This document shows positions 8,018-14,724 of a stretch of 26,852 bases of DNA, one piece after another. The DNA comes from Gemmatimonadota bacterium (GTDB lineage Bacteria > Gemmatimonadota > Gemmatimonadetes > Gemmatimonadales > GWC2-71-9), in NCBI GenBank assembly GCA_003221005.1, contig QHTZ01000100.1:1-26852 (forward strand). The letters are read 5' to 3'. The notes below the pieces were generated by a model that was given only the letters and a program-made list of their open reading frames with translations, ran no database searches and was not told the DNA's origin. Every line of letters starts with the position of its first letter. The stretch's first letter is position 1. A program made the position numbers and the translations under genes.

Positions 8018-9208
8018 ATGTCGCCGGCGGGCGTGCCGATCAACGTTGCCGTCGTGGTCACCCGCTTCATTGCCGGAGCCGGTGGAGTCGCGCTGCGCGG
8101 CGCGCTGGCGCTGGAGTCTGACCGGTTCCACACCACGGTGATAGCGGCCGAAGGCGGCAACCTGCTCGAGGACGCCGCTACGGGTGGCCTGTCGGTCATC
8201 CCCCTCCGCCACATGCGGCCGGACATCGCTCCGCGCGCCGACCTCGCGGTGCTGCGCGAAGTCTCCGAGCACCTCGAGGCCGGACGTTACGACGTGGTGC
8301 ACACGCACAGCGCAAAGGCGGGCATGGTCGGCCGCGTCGCGGCGCGCTGGAACCGGGTGCCGCTAATCGTGCACACGTTTCACGGATTCCCGTTTCACGC
8401 TTACCAGTCGCGCGCGCGCCGGTCGTCGTACATCGCGATCGAGCGGTGGCTTGGCCGCATCACCGATCGCTTCCTGGCCGTTGGTGCGGCAGTGGCGGCG
8501 GACGCGGTGCGGCTCGGCATTGCGCCGCCTGAGCGCATCCGGACGATCGGAAGCGCGGTCGATCCGGTCGAGCCTCGGACCGCTTCATCACGTGCCGAGG
8601 CGCGACGCCTTCTGGGTGTTCCACAGGACGCAAGGGTTGCAGGCACCGTCGGTCGCCTGGACTTCCAGAAGGCGCCGCTGGATACGGTCAAGGCATTCGC
8701 GCTTCTCGACCGCGACGTCCATTTCGTTTGGGTCGGAGGCGGTCCGATGCTCGGCGAGGTCCGTCGTGAGGTCGAGGGCCGCGGGCTCCAGGAGCGCTTC
8801 CACCTGATCGGAGAGCGGCGCGACGTGGCGCAGCTGCTGCCCGGCATCGACGTCTTTGCGATGGCCAGTCTCTACGAGGGACTGCCCTGCTCGGTCGTCG
8901 AGGCGATGATGTGTGGCGTCCCGGTGGTCGCGACCGCGGTCAACGCGGTACCGGAGGTCGTTGTGCCGGGTCGCACCGGGCTGCTCGTCGCGCCGCGAAG
9001 GCCGCGCGACCTCGCCGCGGCCATCGGCCATCTGCTCGACAACCCGGACCGCGCCGGCGCGCTTGCGGCCGCCGCCCGCTCGAACCTCGGCGACCGCTTC
9101 GACGTCGATGTGCTGGCGCACGATCTGCGGGAGACCTACCTGTCGGCGCTCGGCAGCCGCGACCGCAGTGCTGCGGCGGCGACCACGCAGCTGGCGCAGA
9201 CGGCATGA
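8018..9208 (+). CDS. Glycosyltransferase family 4 (GT-B)
   Basis: DVVHTHSAKAG, HTFHG, VGRLDFQK, SLYEGLPCSVVEAM (E-x7-E), PVVAT, TGLLV. Confidence 0.95.
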   Translation: MSPAGVPINVAVVVTRFIAGAGGVALRGALALESDRFHTTVIAAEGGNLLEDAATGGLSVIPLRHMRPDIAPRADLAVLREVSEHLEAGRYDVVHTHSAKAGMVGRVAARWNRVPLIVHTFHGFPFHAYQSRARRSSYIAIERWLGRITDRFLAVGAAVAADAVRLGIAPPERIRTIGSAVDPVEPRTASSRAEARRLLGVPQDARVAGTVGRLDFQKAPLDTVKAFALLDRDVHFVWVGGGPMLGEVRREVEGRGLQERFHLIGERRDVAQLLPGIDVFAMASLYEGLPCSVVEAMMCGVPVVATAVNAVPEVVVPGRTGLLVAPRRPRDLAAAIGHLLDNPDRAGALAAAARSNLGDRFDVDVLAHDLRETYLSALGSRDRSAAAATTQLAQTA

Positions 9209-10179
9209 GAAGCCTCCGGCTCGAGACCGCAGGCGAGGTGGTCGCCATCGAGACGGGTCTCCCGTGGACAGGCCGCCTGCTCGAGGAGGCGGCCGATGGC
9301 ACGCTTGGGTCGAGCTCGACCCAGCCGACCATTTCGATCAAAGTCGAGGCGGAGCGCGCGCCGTTCCCGACCGCCGGCTTCTCGGTGCTCACGCGAGGCG
9401 CGTGGAGCCGGGCGGGGGACGTCGTCGTCGAAGACGTTTGCGGAACCGGTCTCGACCTTCGCCTGGTCGTTGGGACCGACATCCCGAAGTTCACGTTTCG
9501 CTGGCGGCCGCGTCCGCGGCGCCGGCTCGAGGGTGCGCTCCTGCCGTCGCGCTTCCACCTTCTCGTCCGTGCCGCCCTCGTGCAGTACCCCGTGATCTGG
9601 TGGGCGTCGGTCCAGGGGAGGGCGCCCCTACACGCGGTCGCTTGCACCTTCGGCGAGGCGGTCGCGCTGCTTGCCGGGCCGGGAGGGGTCGGCAAGTCGA
9701 CGCTGCTCAAGGCCGAGTTGGAGGACGGAGGGTCGGCGACCAGCGACAACCTCTGCGTCGGCGACGGCCGCGCCGTCTGGGGTCTGGTCGAACCGATGAG
9801 GATCGAAGGGGCCGGTGGCCGGAAGATGCCGCATGGCCGAGCTGAGACGCCGCTCACAGGGCGGGTTTCCCAGCTGGTGCCGGACCGCATCATCGTCGTG
9901 CGACGCGGCGAGGGTGACGAGGCCCGGCTGCGGCCGTGCGACGCGGAGACCGCGTCGAGGTCTTTGGTCAGCGGCACTTACATGGCAGGGGAGCTGCGCC
10001 GTTTCTGGGGGTTCGCGGCAACGCTTGCCGCCGGCACCGGCGTGGGCCCCTCCCATCCGCCCGTCGTCGAAATCGCTCGCAGCTTCGCGACGCGCGTGCC
10101 CTGCTACGAGCTCGACCTCGCACGACGGCCTGGATCGCGTCTTGCGCAAATCGTCAAACCGATGGAGGCAACTGCATGA
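9205..10179 (+). CDS. HPr kinase/phosphorylase-like P-loop protein
   Basis: ATGA overlap with the GT4 stop. LHAVAC...VALLAGPGGVGKST (Walker A at 9676-9702) followed by SDN matches the LHA / GxxGxGKST / DD layout of HprK-related kinases. Confidence 0.75.
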   Translation: MRSLRLETAGEVVAIETGLPWTGRLLEEAADGTLGSSSTQPTISIKVEAERAPFPTAGFSVLTRGAWSRAGDVVVEDVCGTGLDLRLVVGTDIPKFTFRWRPRPRRRLEGALLPSRFHLLVRAALVQYPVIWWASVQGRAPLHAVACTFGEAVALLAGPGGVGKSTLLKAELEDGGSATSDNLCVGDGRAVWGLVEPMRIEGAGGRKMPHGRAETPLTGRVSQLVPDRIIVVRRGEGDEARLRPCDAETASRSLVSGTYMAGELRRFWGFAATLAAGTGVGPSHPPVVEIARSFATRVPCYELDLARRPGSRLAQIVKPMEATA

Positions 10180-11750
10180 ACCTGAAAGTCATCGCGGCCG
10201 GTCCCGAGAGTCCGGCCCATCTAGAGGATCCGAATCGATTGGCGGAGCTCGACTCGCCGGCTACGGGCGCGACATCGAATGGTCACGATGCCGCGCACGA
10301 CGAGGACGACCACCACCACGGCGTCGATCGCAACGTCCACCGGGCGCAGTTTCAGGACGCCCGGATTTTCCAGAGCAAGGATTACCGCGCGAAGGAAGAG
10401 ACGCTGGCGGTGCTGGCAGAGGGAATTCGCGACACGGACCTGGTGACGGCTCCGGTCGTGCTCCCGGACTTCTATCACAAGGCACTTCTGGAGATGCCGT
10501 CGAGCATCGCGGTCGCTACGCGAAACTCAATCCGGCCGACGCTCACCAGCGCCGCTGTGAACTGCGGGATGGCGCTGATCACCTTCGATGCCGAGCGCCC
10601 GAGCCGCGAGCGCATCGCCGACTTCTACGAGTCGGTTCGCAAGACCTACCCGTTTCCGCCGACCCTGCGCCCCGACATCACGTACGCCGAAGTCCTGGAG
10701 AGCGCAACGCGCGGCGCCGAGTTTGCGGTCGGCCGGTGGGGGCTCGACCCGAACGACCTGCTGGCGATCGAGGAGGGCGGCAAGCTCGACCTCGAGTCCT
10801 TCGGCGGCAAGGCCCGGCTCAAGGAGGAGGTGCCCTGGCTGATGTTGCAGCTGAGCCGCCTCCGGTTTGGGACGATCGGGCCGAGCACCCACTTCGTGGA
10901 GCTGCAGGAGGTCGAGGAGGTCCTCGATGACGACGTGGCTGCGAAGCTGGGCCTGCACAAGGGCCAGATCACGCTGCAGTTCCACGCGGGCGGGGGAACA
11001 CTCACAGGCGCGATCGGGGCGCTATACGGTCCGCGGCGGGCGGGGAGCCAGCTGCTGAAGACGATCATGAGCGCGCAGCGGCCGCTGCACCATCTTGCCG
11101 GCGCGCGGTCTTTTCGAGAGCTGCGCGACCGCTACACGCTGTACTTCGGCAACGACTGCCCGCCCGTGCCGCGAGACAGCCCAGAGGGCGAGCGCCTGAT
11201 GGTGTCGAACGCCGCGGCGATGAACTACGGATTCGCGTTCAGGCTCAAGACGTACTCGGACTTGCGCGAGCTCGCCGCAAAGTATTTCGGCGCCGCCAGC
11301 CACCTCGTCGTGGACTCACCTCACAACTCGATCTACGAAGAGGAGATCGACGGCGAGACCGCCATCGTGCACCGGCACAACACGTCGCGCGCCTATCCGG
11401 CCTCGCGAATGACCGGACATCCGATCTTCAGCCAGACGGGGCAGCCGGTGCTCGTTCCTGGCACCAACCGGACGTGCTCATACCTCTGCGTGGGCGCGGA
11501 AGGATCCAGGGAGGGGCTCTACTCGGCCTGTCACGGGACCGGCAGCATCATCGACGACTTCGTGGCCCGCGGACTGTCGCATGAAGACCCGGCCGGCCAC
11601 ACGACGCTTCGGTTCAGCTACAAGGAGCCGGAGCCAAAGGTCGTAAAGCACCTGGACAATCGCGGCGTCGACGAGGGCATCGCGATCCTCGCCGGCAACA
11701 ACCTGGTGAAGCCCGTGGTCCGGCTGCGGCCGTTTGCGGTCCTCAACTAA
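10176..11750 (+). CDS. Divergent RtcB-family protein (524 aa)
   Basis: ATGA overlap and GGAGG RBS. Colinear RtcB motifs: VLPD, VNCGM, FGTIGPSTHFVELQ, FHAGG, AAMNYGFAFR, VVDSPHN, VHRH, GQPVLVPGT..SY, SACHGTG, PVVRLRP. Confidence 0.88.
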   Translation: MNLKVIAAGPESPAHLEDPNRLAELDSPATGATSNGHDAAHDEDDHHHGVDRNVHRAQFQDARIFQSKDYRAKEETLAVLAEGIRDTDLVTAPVVLPDFYHKALLEMPSSIAVATRNSIRPTLTSAAVNCGMALITFDAERPSRERIADFYESVRKTYPFPPTLRPDITYAEVLESATRGAEFAVGRWGLDPNDLLAIEEGGKLDLESFGGKARLKEEVPWLMLQLSRLRFGTIGPSTHFVELQEVEEVLDDDVAAKLGLHKGQITLQFHAGGGTLTGAIGALYGPRRAGSQLLKTIMSAQRPLHHLAGARSFRELRDRYTLYFGNDCPPVPRDSPEGERLMVSNAAAMNYGFAFRLKTYSDLRELAAKYFGAASHLVVDSPHNSIYEEEIDGETAIVHRHNTSRAYPASRMTGHPIFSQTGQPVLVPGTNRTCSYLCVGAEGSREGLYSACHGTGSIIDDFVARGLSHEDPAGHTTLRFSYKEPEPKVVKHLDNRGVDEGIAILAGNNLVKPVVRLRPFAVLN

Positions 11751-12172
11751 TGCCAGGTTGGTGGCGGGTCGCCGTACCGTCCGAGGCGACCGAGCTCGAG
11801 ATCCCTGGCAATGGTGGAAGCCGGCGCGACGCAGTGGACCGCCTGCGCTCGCTGGATCGGGGTGCGCTCGTCGCTCTGCGCGACGCGCGGCCCGCGTCCT
11901 GGTTGCGGACGCGCTCCTTCATCGCCAGCGCCGGCCTCCGCCTGGAGAAGGAGTTCGTCGCGATCCCGGGCTTCGACAGCCCGGGATTTCTGGTCGAAGC
12001 CAACCGCCTCGCCTTCCGGCACTTCTTCACGCGCGTCCTTTATGTGCCGACGGGTGACTGGCGCGGTGTGGTGGGCGCCGGCCTGGCCGCTCGGCTGGCG
12101 GCGGGCTGGCTCGGCTGGCGGATCGCTGCCGCGCTCGCACCGGCCCGGATCGTGATCGCGAGGAAGGTCTGA
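11750..12172 (+). CDS. Hypothetical protein (140 aa)
   Basis: TAATG overlap with the RtcB-like stop; its own stop abuts the next ATG, so it fills the operon gap exactly. No catalytic motif recognised. Confidence 0.75.
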   Translation: MPGWWRVAVPSEATELEIPGNGGSRRDAVDRLRSLDRGALVALRDARPASWLRTRSFIASAGLRLEKEFVAIPGFDSPGFLVEANRLAFRHFFTRVLYVPTGDWRGVVGAGLAARLAAGWLGWRIAAALAPARIVIARKV

Positions 12173-13207
12173 ATGGCTGTGGCCGGCGCTCCCGCCCCGG
12201 CGCTCCAGAGCGTGAGCGACCTTCTGGCCGATCGCGGCCGCGGCGTCGTCGTGTCCGGCATTTCGAAGGATCCGAACGGCAAGGTGACACTTGTCCTGGT
12301 CGGCGACGACGGCCAACCGGCGGTCGTCGTGAAGATCGCGCCGACTGCGAGTGCGGAGGCCGCGCTCGAGGCCGAGGCGGCGGTCCTCGAGGGGCTCGAG
12401 CGGACGCGCCTGGGCGTGCTCGCGCCGTCCGTGCCCCAGGTCCTTGGCTGGGCGCAGCACGGGGGTCGGTTGGCGCTGGTCCTGACGGGGCTGCCCGGTC
12501 GCAGCATGCTCACCGGCTACCACACCTGGCGTCACACCGCACGGCCGGCGACGGTGGCCGGCGACTTCAACGCGGTCAGCGCGTGGCTGGCAGCGTTTCA
12601 GTCGGCGACCTCCGGAGGTGCGATCAGCCTCTCGGACCAGACGATCGCCGCCACGCTGCAGGGCCGTTTCGCGCACCTCCCGCTGCTCTCACGGGCGCTT
12701 GAGCTGCTCGATGCGGTGCAGGAGAGGCTGCGCGTTTTCGAGGTTCCCGCCTGTACGGTCCACGGCGATCTATGGCCGGGAAACATCCTCGAGGCACACG
12801 GCGTCGTCAGCGGCGTCGTCGACTGGGAAGCCGGCCGGCTCCTGGCCTCTCCCACAAGCGACCGGGTGCGCTACGCGCTGACTTACGCGCTGTATCTCGA
12901 CAAGCACACGGCCGCGGGCTCTGGGGTCGCCGGTCACCGCGGGCTGCGGGCCGACCGGTGGGGCGCCGGATTCCGCCATCTGCTCGCCGGCTCGACGTGG
13001 TTCGGGGATGCCGTGGCGGGGTTCATCGCCTCGGCCCTGGAGCGGCTTGACGCCGACCCGCACCTGTGGCGGGTGGTGTTGCTCGAGGGCCTGGCGGGGA
13101 TCGCGGCCACGGCCGACGATCTGGCTTTTGCGACGCATCACCTAGAGGTTTTCGCCGAATTGGCGCCGGCAGTCATAGCTGCCGGAAAGGGGAGATCGGA
13201 ACCATGA
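12173..13207 (+). CDS. Aminoglycoside-phosphotransferase/choline-kinase-like (ELK fold) phosphotransferase
   Basis: VVVKIA lysine, helix-C EAEAAVL, Brenner motif HGDLWPGN (starting 12761), metal-binding VVDWE. Confidence 0.9.
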   Translation: MAVAGAPAPALQSVSDLLADRGRGVVVSGISKDPNGKVTLVLVGDDGQPAVVVKIAPTASAEAALEAEAAVLEGLERTRLGVLAPSVPQVLGWAQHGGRLALVLTGLPGRSMLTGYHTWRHTARPATVAGDFNAVSAWLAAFQSATSGGAISLSDQTIAATLQGRFAHLPLLSRALELLDAVQERLRVFEVPACTVHGDLWPGNILEAHGVVSGVVDWEAGRLLASPTSDRVRYALTYALYLDKHTAAGSGVAGHRGLRADRWGAGFRHLLAGSTWFGDAVAGFIASALERLDADPHLWRVVLLEGLAGIAATADDLAFATHHLEVFAELAPAVIAAGKGRSEP

Positions 13208-13386
13208 ACACGAGCCGGCAGGGCTCGACCGAGCTGCCATTCAACGTCCGCCAGAAGCTCCTGCGCAGGTCGCGTCGCCGTAGGACCCTGCTGTACCTCC
13301 GCAACGACACCGTATGGCTCTTCCTACTGATCACCATGGCGATCCTGGTCGCCACCCAGTTGATCGGAGCCTTGGGCCGCGCTTAG
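13204..13386 (+). CDS. Small membrane protein (60 aa): Arg-rich segment followed by one TM helix
   Basis: ATGA overlap with the upstream stop, AAGGGGAG RBS; MNTSRQ..LLRRSRRRRTLL..VWLFLLITMAILVATQLIGAL. Confidence 0.7.
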   Translation: MNTSRQGSTELPFNVRQKLLRRSRRRRTLLYLRNDTVWLFLLITMAILVATQLIGALGRA

Positions 13387-13395
13387 GGGGATGGA

Positions 13396-14724
13396 TTGAG
13401 CACCGCCGGGGCGGCGATCGGCGGGTACTTGGGGGCGCCGCGGTCGCCGTTCGACACCGCCCGGATTCCGCAGTGGCGTGCCGCGGCGCTTGCGCTCGCC
13501 GCGCTCGCGATCGGCACGCTGCCATTCCTTCGGCCGGCGGGCCCGGGGAACACATCGCCCACCGACGTCGCCATGGTCGCCACGATTGCGGCGACCGCGG
13601 TCCTCGTGTATGTCTCGCGGGAACGGCTGCGCGCTCCGTTCGCCATCTCCTCCGCGTTGATGGTGATCGCAGGTTGCGTGTCGGGGGTGGTCGGGCCTGC
13701 GCTGCGGCAGGCGCTGGTCTCGGTCGGCTACCCGCAGGACAGCCTCATCGCGGTCATCCAGGACCTCTACCTGCTGTTCTGGTGCCTGACGCTGGTAAAC
13801 CTCGTCCGCTCGGCCTCCGACCTGCGCGTGGTCCTCACCGCCTGGATTTATGGCGCGGCGTTCTGGGCCGCCCTGCTGGTGACAGGAGCCGTGCTGGGGA
13901 TCCGCGCCCTGTCGGGCATCGAGGTTGGCAACGGTGGTCGCGCCGAGGGCACCTTCGGCGACCCCAACATGGCGGCGAACTTCTTCGCGCTGTCGATCTT
14001 CGTTGTGTGGGCTTCGGCGTCACCGGGGAACCGATGGTTGCGAGCAGCAATCGTGGTCTTGCTGCTGAGCGCGATGGTGATGACGGGCTCCAACGGAGCG
14101 TTCCTCAATCTCGGTATCGGAGTTGCGTTCGTAATCCTCGCCACCATCCGCAAGCGCCTTGGCGGCATCGCCCTGGTGATCGCGCTGTGCTTCGGGCTCA
14201 TGACCGCCGTTGCGGTCGTCAGTTACGTCGACTTCGGAGCGATCCAGGAAGCTGCGCGAACTAGCGGCCAACCGATATTGCGCGACTGGATTGGCCGCAG
14301 CGATTCAAGCGCATACCAGCGGATTGTGATCTTGCAGGAGGCCGGGGAGATCCTCCAGAAGGCCGGGCCGCTCGGCACTGGGCCAAACGCCACCAAGCCG
14401 CTGCTCACCGACACGCTGGCCCCGTACGCCCATCAAGCGCACGACGACTACGTGGCACTGGTTGTCGAGCGTGGGGTCCTCGGTGGAGTCGCGCTTTTCG
14501 TGCTCATCTGCGCGATCTGGTTCAGGTCGTCGCAGGCGCTGGGGGGCCGCATGCGCGACGCGTTCCAACGCGTCGTCCCGAGGCGCGAACCGCTGATCGG
14601 GGCCCTGCTAGGGCTGGCGGCCGCGGCCTCCTACTACGAGGTGATCCATTTCCGGCACGTGTGGACTCTGCTGGCGGTCCTCGCGATCCTGCAGATCAGG
14701 GGTAGGGAGCGGGTGGCCGCATGA
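13396..14724 (+). CDS. Wzy polymerase / O-antigen ligase family membrane protein
   Basis: Many TM helices; RAEGTFGDPN, TGSNGA, PLGTGP, AHDDYVALVVERGVLG (Wzy_C signature). TTG start after GGGGGATGGA. Confidence 0.88.
   Translation: MSTAGAAIGGYLGAPRSPFDTARIPQWRAAALALAALAIGTLPFLRPAGPGNTSPTDVAMVATIAATAVLVYVSRERLRAPFAISSALMVIAGCVSGVVGPALRQALVSVGYPQDSLIAVIQDLYLLFWCLTLVNLVRSASDLRVVLTAWIYGAAFWAALLVTGAVLGIRALSGIEVGNGGRAEGTFGDPNMAANFFALSIFVVWASASPGNRWLRAAIVVLLLSAMVMTGSNGAFLNLGIGVAFVILATIRKRLGGIALVIALCFGLMTAVAVVSYVDFGAIQEAARTSGQPILRDWIGRSDSSAYQRIVILQEAGEILQKAGPLGTGPNATKPLLTDTLAPYAHQAHDDYVALVVERGVLGGVALFVLICAIWFRSSQALGGRMRDAFQRVVPRREPLIGALLGLAAAASYYEVIHFRHVWTLLAVLAILQIRGRERVAA

Noticed and set aside
10176-11750. 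Canonical rtcB RNA-repair operon
   Set aside because: No rtcA, rtcR, archease, Ro/TROVE or tRNA-like gene is nearby, and several conserved residues differ, so the gene symbol was withheld.
12173-13207. Aminoglycoside resistance gene
   Set aside because: Only fold-level kinase motifs are shared; the gene is translationally coupled inside a glycan biosynthesis operon.
9205-13386. Lasso peptide or other RiPP cluster suggested by the HprK-like kinase and small ORFs
   Set aside because: No cyclase, leader peptidase, PqqD/RRE or radical SAM gene is present, and the small ORFs do not resemble precursors.
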